A stretch of 64,000 nucleotides of DNA from Lingula anatina (taxonomy: Eukaryota > Animalia > Brachiopoda): assembly GCA_051362555.1 (NCBI GenBank), contig CM120644.1, positions 13,104,567 to 13,168,566 of the forward strand, given 5' to 3'. Each line of letters begins with the position of its first letter. The first letter of the stretch is position 1. The position numbers and the translations under genes are program-made. The notes under the pieces are model-generated. The model had not been told where the DNA came from. It saw nothing but the letters and a program-made list of their open reading frames with translations, and did no database searches. Positions 14,320 to 28,087 of the stretch are shown piece by piece.

Positions 14320-16596
14320 CTCAGGGTTCCGTTTATAAAATCTTAACAAAATTAACGTAAGAGACCATAATTTTGTTTTACTTTGTTCCAAGATAAATCA
14401 ACAGATTTGATATATGAAATATTTTGTCTCTGTACGATCTAATTCAGCTTTTCTCTTTTCATTTTTATTTCATTTCATTCTATTCTTTTTCACACTGCAT
14501 CATAATAAGACTTGCCATTACGCAGTGCATTGTAAATGTCTTCAGAACGAAAATAGAATAGTTTTATTGTATATTAGGTTTTATTTTTCTTTTAGAATGA
14601 CTTATAGAACATTAAAAGACATGAAGAGCCGCATGTACAGAGATTTGTTGAACCTGGTTGGCGTTCAGATTCCAGACCAAGATTTAGCGAATCCGAAGGA
14701 AAAGAGGTAACGGTATGCTTTACATTAAACTTGACCATAGGACCGGTGCGTTAGTCCGCTAGGAACCGTAGTCTGTTCCCAATTACTTTGTAAGGGTGAC
14801 ATTCGCCCCATATAGTAAAGCCAATACTCCAACTAGCCCTAACCTTTAGTTATCATATGGGGCCCGGACTTTCATTACTAGGCCTAAAACTGACAGTGTG
14901 CCTTAATTTAGAGTCGTAATTTTTTTTCATTTCAATTCAGAATAAATATGTTTAGTCCACCAGAATAACACCACTTTTACCTTATTATCATAAAAGTATG
15001 CGCACTTTTTCGCTCATTTAAAAAAAAAACAATATTGTTAATTAATCTTTTTTCAATTTAATTTTAATTAAGATTAAAATTGGCTTTCATAGACCCAAAC
15101 TTTGTCCGAATTTTTTCAAATCTCCTCGGGCATTTCTAGATGTCATTTGATATTAACAGAACTAAAAAAAAGATCATGTGCTGGGACACATATCCGTACA
15201 CAGTTGCCGGCGTGCATGTTTGTATGTGAGCTCATATGAATGTGCACTACAGAATTGTCGATAACATGCCATTCAGCTGCAGTATTACAATACGGCAGAA
15301 ATATTTATTTTGCCCTCCTCCCCCCCCCCCCCCAAAAAAAAAAAAAAGAAATAAAATAATAAAAATAATAATAATACATTCAAAAATAATTCTGTTGTTT
15401 ACCATTCATCTTGATATTTTTTCCAGCAAAGACACGTTTCCAAAACACCTTGTTATGGACCACCGGCTGTGGAATTACTCTCTAACTAACGAAGAAAGGG
15501 AAAAACATGATACCTACACAGCCATTAAAGACGAGGTAGCTATATTTGAAATTAAAATCATTAGTTTTAGGTTATCCCTTTTCCTAAAAATAAAGCCTTG
15601 CGACTTTTATTTCATACTAGAGATTATTTAAAATGTCATTGATTTTGGCATTAAGCAGCAAATATAGTGCGCATTTCGAAGGGCAGGCTCCATTAACTGG
15701 TTTCTCAAACAAAAATGCCGACTAAAATAAGCCAAAAATCCTTAAGATTCTAACAATTAAGAAAACTTAAGACACGCCAGTGAAAAGAAAAACGAAACAA
15801 AACAAACTGTCCTTTGACTTTCACAAGGTTGCAATCACATCCCTGTGTCACTTGCCGTTGATCACTCTTGTTTGTTTTAACAAATTCATCTCCCTGCGAG
15901 AGAGAGGTCGTCTAATTCATTTCATTCACTTCTTATCTGCAGCAGATTGTTTTAGACCTTCCTCTTTTTTCCTTGTCAAATAACGTCCATCAAATTTTGC
16001 GTGCAAAGTAAAATAAAGATTAAAACTGAAACTCTGTGTAGATGATGTATTTGAGAGAATTAAAGCACTGTAGTAAATTCATCTATATGAAGATGTAACT
16101 GTTCATCTACAGAAACTCCAACAAGCCATGCTGGACGACCTGAATCCCGATGATATCCGGATCTTGATCGAAACTATGGATGAAAACAACCGCAGGGGCG
16201 GGTTTGAAAGAATATTCCCAACGCCTGACACAAAGAGATATCACAAATTATTTGAGGGCCCAAGGTATGTCTTTATTCTAGCAATAGGATTCTATTGGAT
16301 TGTTCTGTATGTACGTGTATGTAGGCGTATGTATTGTATGTACGTGCACAGCATGGGATGTTGGTAATGTACGCACACAGTGCCACATTTGCAGAAACCT
16401 GGACGTTTTATCTTAATATACGTGACCTCAGAAGATCTCTCCACCTTGTAAAAATTCTGTTAAATCTGTTCTACTTTTTTTCAGATATTATAACCTCCTC
16501 CTCCATCACTGGATTCAACGTTATCAGCACAATGAAGAAGAAGGGATCAAAGTTCTGGAGTCGTACTGTAGACAGTCAAAACATCTCCAACCTTAG
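8830..16596 (+). CDS. TTLL4: TTLL4-like tubulin-tyrosine-ligase-family ATP-grasp ligase, paralog B (~567 aa, 13 coding exons)
   Basis: Exons 8830-9118, 9457-9561, 9995-10080, 10397-10591, 10924-11006, 11527-11655, 12382-12486, 12912-13004, 14022-14156, 14596-14706, 15427-15535, 16113-16264, 16485-16596 (1704 nt, open frame, TAG at 16594-16596; AATAAA ~16813). Motifs: [101 protein letters not shown]. Intron positions match paralog A. Confidence 0.9.
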
Positions 16597-18069
16597 GGAA
16601 CCAAATTTGATAATCCTGGTATAGCATCAGTTGTGGTCATGGATACGACGTGCTGTCGTATCCGCCTGAGGACTTCTGGCATATCTTTAAGACTTGATAA
16701 AAAAAAGGAAAAGACAGCAAAAACTTGTGATAAAAAATTTAGATGGACGTGATTTTATTAGGTGTACAATTCTAGTAATTTACTTTTTTACGTCTTTTAC
16801 CCTTGAGGTGCTAATAAATAAATAAATAAAAATTAATTGATGGAACATCGCTGCTTTGCATTTTGGATTTCTTTTTACTCTAGCGGAACGTCAAATAAAG
16901 ACTCGTTGAAGCCGTTACCCTCACCCTTAACATAATAATACGTACTGGCATCTGTAACGGGTGCAGCAAACGTGCCGAAGTGTACATGTCTTGGATTTGT
17001 GTACAAGACATACAGCGAATGAAGACTTGAAGACTTGAATGAAGACTTGTTTTTTTTTTTCAAGATTAACAAGTACATAATTTAATATAGACCTGTTTTG
17101 GAGCAGTATCTTTAAGCCAAGACTACACATTTGTATCCTTGTCTAACATGGACAATAAAGGAGATACACTGTGCTTGTAGCTGTTATGATGATTGTTCCA
17201 CAAAATTGTTTTCAGACCTTTCCATGACAATTTCTAATAGATCAAGCAGATAGATTGCACTAATACCTGGCATCAAATGCCAACCGAAGGAAGTACGTGT
17301 TTCTATTTGCTGCGACAGGCTACGGTTCACATTTATTTTCAGAATGATTGCCAATATTCTTGGTACCCCAGGTTTTTATGTAGACCAATGCGATCTTCGT
17401 AGATCTACGATATAATATTTTATGGAATTCAAGAAAGACGAAACTAATATGCGTTGAATTTTCAAAGGTAAAATGGCGATTTTCTGATCGAGTTATTTCG
17501 AGTACTCGATTTCGATTTCATCCCATTGATTTATTTTAAAATATTTAAAGAAGCACATCTTCAGACAAAAGGTTTAGCAAAACCGACTTGAACCAGAAAA
17601 AATAACTTAATGAAAAGAATGGTTAATTGATGGGAAATGTATAATAAAATTAAAAAATAATAAAATAAAATAAAATAAAATAAAATAAAATGAAAAACGA
17701 TACAGGTCTGAAGAGCATTAATTATCTGAAATAAAACTTAAAAGGAGCATGCCTTGTGGACATTCATCTAGTCTCCGAGATTACTAATAGGTCATTAGCA
17801 AATGTACAGCAATCTCAAGATACTTAAATCTCGAGATGTATCCCAATTAAGCTTCAAAAAAGCATTTATCGGCCCATGTTGAGTTAATGAAAATGAACCG
17901 GCTTCCAGCTTCCGCAATAAACAGTTCACCCGGGAAAAGCCTGGCAAAATGTGACAAAGCCGCGTTTTCCGTGATGCCGTACAAAGCTTAATTGAGTATG
18001 GGTGGCATTCGCGGTTTTAATCTTAGCTTCGTCCAAGATAGCAGACTTACTAAATATAACAAAGTGAGG

Positions 18070-19236
18070 CTAGTCACCACTAAAAGCCCGGTTGTCTATA
18101 GTAACAGATTGGATCCTCATCCCTACGTTCACATTCCTCTCTCCATTGGTAGCTGGCCTAGGATTAGAATTCCTCCAACACGTGGACCGAACCCTACAAA
18201 AACATACCATTTCTTTAAGGTGCTCACGAAATTTGCTCCCAAACAGACCATAAATGAAGAAGTTGACGGCCGAGTTGAGCATGACCACGTCGCTCAGTAA
18301 GGGGAAGGTATAGGGGTTGGCCTCTGTGGGTTCCGTGAATGTATGCATGAACTGGGCTACCGACGTGAAGAACTGCGTCAACGACATCAGAGCGACGATG
18401 ATGACCACGATTTTCGTCAGCTCATTCTGATTCAGGTTTCTCACTGCCGACGCCCTGCCGTTCCGCCTCGCGTTAGAGAATGCAGAAGAGCGTTCCCTCA
18501 AACGTCTCAGGATTTTAACATTCAAGATGACCACCACCGACACCGGCACAAACAACAAAAATATCACGTACAGGGCGAAACGGTACAGAATCTGGTACAA
18601 TCTCCAAGATGGCGACTGCTTCATTGTTGGAACCATAAAGCAATAGACCGTCGTGGAAGCATTGGGGTCCCCGCACAAACGATGTCCTTGGAAATCTGTG
18701 TCTAAGAACTTTGGCAGATTGAAGATGGTGCCGAGAACAACAAGCGCGAACACGGGAAGGTACCATTTTGAAGGGGCTTGTTGCGGGCCGGCATCCAGGT
18801 GGTCCGAGCAGACGACATTGTGGCGTTCCAGTGTCACAAACACGGCAAGATAAATGACAATCGTACCCGGAATGAAATTCAAACCCCAGACGTACTTGTA
18901 GTACCCTTGTATTGAATGGAAGTAGCTTTCGAACCAGCCTGTGTAGGGGTAGAGTGACGGGATGTTATACATAATGAACTGGCACAACAGCATGGCGTTA
19001 TCGTTCACAGCGAGGCAGATGAGGAGAAAAGAAGTTCCAGATTGAACCTCCATCCTCGCGAATACCAGGATTGAAGTCGTATTGAAAATGATACCGACGA
19101 GGCAGATGATGCTTCCAATGACGCCCCCGACAAGAAACGTGTAAAAGTTCAGCGACTCTGGGTAAATGTTCAGGGTCCTGTAGGGATCTGTAGAAAAATT
19201 GCCCATTTCGCTCGTAGCGGTGACATTCCCTTCCAT
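18070..19236 (-). CDS. Intronless rhodopsin-family (class A) GPCR, FMRFamide/sex-peptide-receptor-like, 388 aa
   Basis: Single ORF with N-terminal N-glycosylation sequons (NVT, NFS) and seven hydrophobic segments. Motifs: TM1 GIIFN, TM2 LAVND, TM3 VTLERHNVVC (DRY equivalent), TM4 FNLPKF, TM5 FVP..LNVKI, TM7 LNSAVNFFIY, helix 8 KFR, then Cys (palmitoylation-like). Confidence 0.92.
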   Translation of the reverse strand: MEGNVTATSEMGNFSTDPYRTLNIYPESLNFYTFLVGGVIGSIICLVGIIFNTTSILVFARMEVQSGTSFLLICLAVNDNAMLLCQFIMYNIPSLYPYTGWFESYFHSIQGYYKYVWGLNFIPGTIVIYLAVFVTLERHNVVCSDHLDAGPQQAPSKWYLPVFALVVLGTIFNLPKFLDTDFQGHRLCGDPNASTTVYCFMVPTMKQSPSWRLYQILYRFALYVIFLLFVPVSVVVILNVKILRRLRERSSAFSNARRNGRASAVRNLNQNELTKIVVIIVALMSLTQFFTSVAQFMHTFTEPTEANPYTFPLLSDVVMLNSAVNFFIYGLFGSKFREHLKEMVCFCRVRSTCWRNSNPRPATNGERNVNVGMRIQSVTIDNRAFSGD

Positions 19237-19939
19237 GGCAGCAAGTTTCCGCGACGTGTTCTGTCTAAACAGGTGTTTCTTGATGTGAGACTCGCGTTAT
19301 ATGTCGATCGTCTTCTTATATCAATCCTGTCTAGCATTAATTTCTTTCCTGCGAATATTGATGCTGTTGTGGATTATCCTGTCTTACACTGTAATGTCCT
19401 TTTTCCGGATAGGTATTAAAAATGGATTTTTGTTATGTCGAAACATATATGTCTTCTTACTATTTTCTATTTCGCCCTCGCTGGCTGGGGTTCACAGTCA
19501 GAACTCTCTCTCTCTCGGATCATATGTACATGAACCCGGTACACATCTACGCTGACGTTTGCATCCTATGTGTACCATGCACGTGGGAATAAAGGCAAGC
19601 ATGAAAAATAAGAATGGGAGGCGACAGATTTTTTTTTTATAAACTGTAAGAAAGAAGGCGCACAGCAGAAAAATAACTTATGTTACACATGCTATTTACG
19701 AAGACAACCAAACAAAACCGATCCGCAGAATTTGGAGAGTTAAAGTGATTAAGTAAAACGAACAAAAATCTCTTTTTTTGTCAAATAATATGTACATATT
19801 ATGATGACAAATATCTAACATAAACTACTAGTACACCAGACTCCATTCAGATATCACTTAAATAACAACATGACGCTTTTACGCAGTATATACCTGTATG
19901 TCTCTTTATATGCCGTATTGACTCGATCTTTCCAATGGG

Positions 19940-20030
19940 GAAATTGTGAATTTTACTGATATCGTATTTTTTCAAGTCATGAATTCTTAAAATCAGAACA
20001 TTCGTACTGAGTGGTAGCAACAAAATTATA
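19940..20030 (+). repeat. Short interspersed repeat fragment, also present at ~24890-24975 (DNAJC1 intron)
   Basis: Both loci share TGTGAATTT-ACTGATA...TCTTAAAAT-AGAA-ATTC...TGAGTGGTAGCAACAAAATTA. Confidence 0.55.
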
Positions 20031-22311
20031 TAACATTTCTTTGAATACGTCTCAGTACCTCTCTTAGCCTGTTCAGTACACTCATTTTACCTCTGTTAAT
20101 TATTTCAAATGACACCCTTTTAATTAAAACTTAGCATGCGAGGCGCTCACAATCGAGGTAAAAGATTAATTAAATCGCGCAAGAGATGCCACTTTGGCGA
20201 GACAAATTGTCCCATTGCACTGTTCATTACGAAATCTGGAATCCCGGTTAATTCCATCAAATCGTTCGGGAGCGATTGCGTCAGGCTATTATCCAATAAT
20301 GATCTCAGATATTAGATTAGTATGCACCAGGCAGGTATTTATAGTGCAGAGGATGATCCGATTAAGAATCCCGCTCTTCAAGGTATAAAAAGGTTGGAGG
20401 ATATGAGGCACCCAATGGGGGCCAGGTGGGGGTGGAGTGGTCTAGCGGTGAGCAAAGTTTCTACGTGCCCCCCCCCCCTCTCGATTGTTTTGGATATACC
20501 TGTATATGCACCTCTTGTCTACCCTCTACCATGGTGGCAGATTATATAGAGAAAGACGGAAAAATCCAGAGCCACACAGAGCCAAATGACTGTCTATTTA
20601 TCTAGAGACATATCTGTGAATATCTGTGGAAAATCAATCTGACGCCCTGGTAAAGGGGTACCCTTTGTCCCTCAAAATAAGACAGCAACAAAACACTGTC
20701 CCCATCCTGTCATAAACTAAAATTGTCTTCGTATAGTAGTTTTTATTTGCCGAGGCATTGTGCCCCTCTCCCAAACCCCACACGCACAAAAATGTGCCCA
20801 CATTGGCAAGTTAATTTACCAAAACTGAAGACCAAGCTAATTCCATCGAGCCAGCCTCAGGTGGTAATTGGTTCTTGGAACTTAAATGGGATACATCTTG
20901 TGATATCATTTGTCTTGGGATCACTTTACATAGGTCAATTATCCAATAATGATCTCCGACAACAGTTTAACATTCGCCTGACATGTATGCGTAAATAGTG
21001 TTAGAGACACGATCCTGCTTTTGTTTTAGTCCTCGACAAGTTATGGCCTTCTTATTATTATCACATTTCACTTTTTTTCATATTTTTATTTCAGACAGAT
21101 ATTTTCATGAAAGGTTAAGAACCAATATTATTTGTGAGGGATTTGGCCGGTCTGATGGCCCTCTCTTAGGCCACATGAGCAACATCTTGACAAATGCATT
21201 CAGCAACACGTGGCAGATTACTGCAAATTGCTATTTAGTATGCTAATGGGACTTGAAGCGTAATGCTCCGGATTCTATTTCTTCCGATTAAATCTCTTGT
21301 TAATGTTCGGTGGACTGGGGCGAGGACATACTAAATGATAAATGCACACGTTTTGCTTCGCACAAATATATTATACATTGTGCTATTTAAAACTAATAGA
21401 ACGTTCATGCATTTAGGCAACAATTAAAAAAGCGACAGGTTTTTATCGGCATCAATGAGCGCAATAAATTTAATATTAAAAAAGTGCCGAGTGAATACAC
21501 AGCGTCACAGCGAAGGTGGTGGTGGGTTTCTGTAGATTATAATCAAAACAAGAAATGTGTCGATATCCTATTAAAATTTTATTTTCTAGTAAGTTTAAAA
21601 TCTCCATCTTTATTGCTTACATGCACCGTTCTTACAATACTTCACGATGACCAGCATTCAATAAAACTATGAGTTTGATCTTTTTGGAAGTCTCATTGCA
21701 CTGAAAGTTGAATTAAGAACTTTTGACAACATATAAAACAATCTGAAAGCACCGTCGTCTACAGTCGTCGCCTACGTGAATATCTTGCGAAAAACGGACG
21801 AGGCGTGGCAAATGACCTATAGATGTCACCAGCAGCAATATATCACTGTTGTTCATTTTTTTAGTCTTTTTCTATGGTATAATTTAAATGGTATAATTTG
21901 ACTTCGTCTTTGTTCACCAGCGGGTGAAATTTTACAAGACACCCGACTTATAATTGAATGTAAAAGACAATGTATCGGTGTGGTTTGTGAACATATCCAT
22001 TAAAAAAAATTAAAAATAATAAATAAAAACACAAATAAATAATAATGGATTTCAACAAGTGTGACCAGGATAAAACAATATGCAGATAATATTCATGCAA
22101 TAGTCATCGACTGGCAGTAACACTACCAGGTAAACTCTCTCTAAGTTATTTTAGACTTGAAACAAAGCACCTATGAAATGTAAGATTTAGTGGTTTTCTA
22201 CACAGTATTGTATCTTCTCATCATTTCATGACATATGTTATCTCAGATCTAAACAATATAGTAAGTAATCTGACTGAGTCCTTTATATGTACTGGGCTGC
22301 TCTCTTTGTTG

Positions 22312-25300
22312 TCAGCTGGCAGCTTGTTTTTTCTTTTTTATCATGTCACTGATGTATTTGACTCTGGCAACACAGTCATCCTGAAAAGTAAAGAAAATTA
22401 AATGAATCTGTGATAGTGTGTGATTGAATTCACTATATAGATTTTTGAAAATGACTAAATATTATGGAACTAAATGTTACTGTTACAGCAGCAATTCACT
22501 CAAAGAACATGATAAAGCACTATTTTTCATAACCATCATTTTCTTACTAGAATAAAATTTAAAAACAACAACAACAACATCAAAATGACTCTGAGACAAT
22601 AATAAATAAATAAATAAATAAATAAGCACATAACTATGTACCATTCAAAGGATCATAAACTTGTACAAGCATTGGAAAAAAAAGCAACTGAAATCTCAAA
22701 ATGCCATACATACCTTATCTTTATCTGGCACATGCTCGGCTATTTTCTCCCATCTCTCTGCTGTTCCTCTAGGATACTGCGCCAGTGCCCACTCCAACAC
22801 TTTCTGCTGTGTCTGGCTCCAAAACTGAACTGATTCCTTTTGGCTCCCATCACCCGCTTGGGTGGGAACATTTTGATCAGATTTTAAATTTTCCTTCTCG
22901 GTTTCATTTTTAGTTTTTTGACTGGGTTCAACTTCAGAAATAAGCAACGTCCTTTCTGAAGATTTTGTTTGTTTATTTCTGCGTCGCACTTTGTTTGTTT
23001 CAGCTGACACACCGTCGTCTGCTTCCTGCCGTCTGCTAATGGTTGTGTCACTGATGACTGCATGCTTTCTGCTCCCTATGACACTGCTGTCATCTGGTGG
23101 GCAAAAATGAAAGAATCTATCAGTTTTATTTCCAATCAAATCAATAACAATTACAGCAAACTTAATGCATCATATTAGCAGTGATTTTTTTTACCCTAGC
23201 ATGAAAAGCTATATCAAGCAAACATTTCTTTGTCCTAGTTTAGAAAATAATTAGATTAATCAAGTTTGACTATGTATTTTCTTTCTTTCAAAAATGGATT
23301 TTAAAATATAGTAAACAAAAATGCCAAAAGTCAATTAAAATATTTTCTTTTAAATCAACCAAAAAAAATTATGCCAAAATAGAAATTACAGATTTATGAA
23401 AACATAAAGAAATATAAAATGAAACCTCACCTACTAAGGCAGACCCTGCCAAAGACTGAGTATTAAGCTGTTTAGCCTTGCTGATTACATCAGGAGTGGA
23501 ACGTCCAACAAACTCGGCTATTTTCTCCCACCTCTCCTGTGTCCCGCTGGGGAACTTGGACACAGCTTTGGCCAGAATGGACAGGTCATCTGCTGTCCAC
23601 TCACCAGTCTATGGAGAGAGAAATAATAAAAATAACTGTCATTATAGAGAAAATTTAATGAATCTTATGTGCCAAAATGGCTTAAATATATGTAATACAA
23701 ACATAGATATGTAAGAATGTGACAGTAGGCTACAACACAAAACACTAAGCTACAACTGTGCATAATAACCATATAATTACAAATTATCTCATTTAACTTT
23801 CCTTTTAGAAGTAAGACTTATTTGGTAAATTAAAAAATAATGGTGATACAACTGACTCGATGTAGTTATATTGCGAGACTGAAAATCCCGAAATCAGGCA
23901 TAATCTTGAAAACTTTCACCCATGGAGAAGGTCCATAGGCTGAGAAAAATGTTTGGATTTGTACTGTAGGGGCAGTACTTGAAGACCTATACAATGTTTG
24001 ATACTCCTCTAGGTTGAAGAAAAAATAACTACAGATACTTCTGATTGACTGGAAGAAAGGGATATGGTAACATTTCATAAAGATCCCCCTCAAGTTACAT
24101 CAGATATTGAAGTCACGTAGGTTTTTTTTTAAATCCTAGCACTGTGGTCTGTGAGGTAGGTTTTTTATTGTTTCGTCTGTAATGATGGTGAAATGTAAAT
24201 TGTTTTTTAAAAAGCCTAAACATGCTCCATGCGTTCTATCTATGAAACGTGGCATTCCAACCCTTCATTAAAGGACCTTGATCTCATAACATTACATCAC
24301 AACAAAAAGTGAGTAATGCAATCAGAGCTCTTTCAAATTGATGAAGCCACAAAATTTTACAGCTGCTAGGTTGAAAAACACAATCATTTAGTCTATACAA
24401 AAAAATGAAAAAAAAAAAAAAATAAAAATAAAATACCCAGCCTAATACAGTACTTAGAATACCTTTAAATTAGAATTCTTCTTCTCTTCTGTTTTGTCTT
24501 CTCCAGTGCTATTCACACCATATACAACAGGAACAGTGTCAGTCTCGGGAGCCGTGTACTCTGGCAGTTCTATCTTTTGGCGCTTCTTTGGTTTTCTTGT
24601 TGGTTCTACATAAATATAAAGGCAGTTTTTAAAATTCAATCATGTTGAATGCAGTAAGTCAAGCATCGTTATATAGGAAATTAGACCTTTTGGTACTTTT
24701 CACAAGACCTAACCCAATCTTTATTTCATTTTCTATTTCTTTATTGATTTATTTGTTCAAGGTTAAAACACAATTACTTGTTCCACCAATCCTTAATTAA
24801 CTTATTTATTCCTTCTTTCTTTCTTTTTTTCTTTCAGTCTATTATCTTTCTTTTTGCCTGGTAGGGGAAAGCGTAATTATTTGATCTTTTTTAACTGTGA
24901 ATTTCACTGATACTGTTTAGTCATAATATCTTAAAATTAGAAAATTCCTTTTGAGTGGTAGCAACAAAATTAAAAATCAGGCTACTCTTTAGTGCTATCC
25001 TATGCAGCATAAGCACCACAATTGCCATATAGAAATCTAATTTTTGTGATTATAAAATAACCTATCTGAAAGTTTGATAGTTTTTGCCCATTGAAAAATG
25101 AAAGTAACTACCGTACCCGCAGCTTTCATTTCCTCCTCCTCTTCTCTCTCTTTCTCCTTTGCCCTCTCCATGGCCTGGCGCTCTTCCCACTTCTCCTTGA
25201 TAAGACAAACCAGCTGGGGACTGGCAATAACTGTTTTGACACACACCACTGGAAACCTAAACATATGCAAAGCATTCTGCAGCATTATCTCAACTGTCAC

Positions 25301-26394
25301 CACATGGCAGTCAATGAAAAGCAGAAGCAGGGCCTGTTAAAAGGGCTGTGGCCAGCAGTTTAAAAGGGAGGGTTCTGTTTCTGGATAGGGAGGTGGATCA
25401 TTCACCCCTTTACTTGATGCAACTTGAGAAATTGCATAAAACCCGAGTAGATCTTATTTTGAATCGAACTGGATCATTTCAGCATAAAGGGTGGTTTTTT
25501 CAGTTGATAAAAACTGATAAAAGTCACAATGAATGAGACCTTGGTGTTGTTGTTGGTGGGTTATAACATGTCATGAATTTCCAATCTCATCAAGTATCAA
25601 ATATATTAATCATTATTTCCATTATTATTATTATCGATTTATCAGTTCAAGACATATACTATACTATTATAATATGCATTAGTAATACCTTAATATAAAT
25701 AAATCCTGCAGTTTGGGTCTGGGTATAGACTCCAGCTCCTCTTGTATCATTTGATCCACAGCATCAAGCTCACTTTCAGCTTTTAATCTGGCCTTTTTGC
25801 CTCTCTTTTCTTTCTTGAATCTTGATGTCAAAACTTCTTCCTTGAATAGTCATTTCAATATACAATTCATTAAATGTAGCAGAGATTGAGCATCATAGTT
25901 TCATATACAATTAAAATAAATTGACAGAAAGCAAAAGTCAATATACACAAGTTGCGACATTCTTGTCATACAACAATGATGTCATCTGATTAATAATACG
26001 TTACTTTTACTTTACTCTGTTTGATAAAAATATCATTTAGTAGTCATTGTTACATAGATTTACGATGACTATTCCCAGATATAAGAAGGGCATTTAGACA
26101 GTATAAATGAAAATGTTTTTTTTTTTAAATTTTCGTCTGCTTTTTTTTTTTTCTGCATGCCAATCCAAACACTTCTCCTATCAAACCTTATTGGACAGAA
26201 TATAACTTCTCATACTAACCACTTCAAATTTCTTCTCCAGGTACACAGCCCAGGAGACTAAGAACTGACCGATGGTGAAAATAACCAGAAGAAGGACAGT
26301 CATTTCAGCCAGTCCCATCTTACGGACTTTCCTGTAGTAATAAACTGGCATCCTCCAATCTGGTAGTCCATTAACCAGAACTTCATCATACCTA

Positions 26395-26445
<51 letters not shown>

Positions 26446-28087
26446 AACTGATTGGTGTCATTTTTCATGAGCTTAACCTGATTGTGGTAAATTTATACAA
26501 ATCATCAAAAAAAACTTTCTAAGCTGATATTTCTCTACTAGTTTTTATTTAAAATCTGTATGTACTTAATGTTTCGACTTACTTCTTTCTTTTCTCCTCA
26601 TCTTTAAGGATTTCGTAAACAGAAACCAGCTGGAATTTGAAAATGAATAAATAAATTAATAAATGAGGAACCCATAGTATGATAAAAATATCAGTGACTC
26701 GTTTTCCAACACTTCAAAAGTTCAAGAACCCATGCTTGGTTACAACTACTTCACATTTCCAAACTTTTTACTCATTCCTTTACATATTTCAAGATTTACC
26801 TTTTATGATTTAATTAGTCACAGAAATAAAGTTATAGCATGAAGCATCTCTGAATTAACATTAATTATTGAAATTATTTCTAGAAAATTGTTTTTGAATA
26901 TTACAAACTTATTTTGTTAAATTATAATAATAAACGCCATAACATAACATAAAGAAAGTATAACCATAACAATTACATTTTTTAGGCAAGTTCAAGTAAA
27001 ATAAAATCCCACTGCAATCCACACTAAATGTATATAGCTGAAATAAGGAGGGAGAGAAGGGGAGCTGAAAACGTTTATATTTTACCATGAAATCATTGTG
27101 CACCTAGATCATTTTTTAACCCAAAAATACCTTTTTTACTGGCAAAAAGGGAAGATGGAATCCTGTTGACTATAGGCCTGATGTGCCAGTCACTATGAAA
27201 ACCACACACTACTTTAAATTACCTGTCTAAACTTGATCTCAGCATCATCTTCTTTATTCCTATCAGGATGGAGAGTAAGGGATAACCTTCTGTAAGCTCT
27301 TCTTATGTCACCTGCTGTAGCAGTCTAAAAAATCAGTGAATGAAAGATAAAAAAAAATGTATTCATTGTGTGGAAAAAGTGTTTACATAGATCTGTATAA
27401 TGTGCAAAAAAAAAAGCACAGTCTGTCACAAAATCACAGATTTTACACCCTCTGGACCGTTTGCTTCCTTACGTTAGTTAGCACAGCTGGTACAAACGTA
27501 CGGTATATTAGAAATTGTAAACATGAATTTCATGCTACTCAGCCTTTTCACAACTGATCACACTCAACAATTTAACACAATGATACCAAGGAAATGATAT
27601 TTTGTATAAACCCTTCAACGCCCGTTGTAATTTTGACAGCAAATATTAAATAATAATTGTGTTTAACAAACTACCAGTGATACTGTATGTTTAAGCAAAC
27701 TACTAGTATATTTGTTTTCGAAATCTATAGAAGCAGAAAACATTCGAAAATTGTAAGATCCTCTCAATTAAAAACGTGATAATATAATAATGTTGATATT
27801 CTAATCATACATGCACTGGCCAGAACGTCAAATACATCTTTAACTAATTTAGTTATAGGAATTTAGCGTTTTACATGTACTTTTTGTCTTTTAGTTTGAC
27901 ACATCTAACACATTAGATCATACTGTACCTGGTCTACACCAAGGAGTTCATAGAAATTTTCATTCACTTCTTCAACTGCGTCAAAAACCTCTAAATCTTC
28001 ATTGTCCCAAGCAATAACATATGACAAACAGAGTAAAACCAAGAAAATAACACAGATGTAGCGTTTGACGTGGGTTCTGCCGGCCAT
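22312..28087 (-). CDS. DNAJC1: DnaJ homolog subfamily C member 1 (ERdj1/MTJ1): signal peptide, J-domain, TM, two SANT/Myb domains; ~513 aa, 10 exons
   Basis: Exons 27929-28087, 27223-27324, 26583-26629, 26220-26391, 25689-25840, 25117-25256, 24463-24605, 23431-23608, 22714-23093, 22312-22380 (1542 nt, in frame). Signal peptide + [21 protein letters not shown]; J-domain [17 protein letters not shown]; [24 protein letters not shown]; TM; SANT repeats [19 protein letters not shown] and [28 protein letters not shown]. Confidence 0.95.

Noticed and set aside
17992-18853. Several overlapping ORFs (17992-18300, 18343-18705, 18515-18766, 18653-18853)
   Set aside because: Antisense or alternative-frame shadows of the GC-richer GPCR ORF, with no recognisable motifs.
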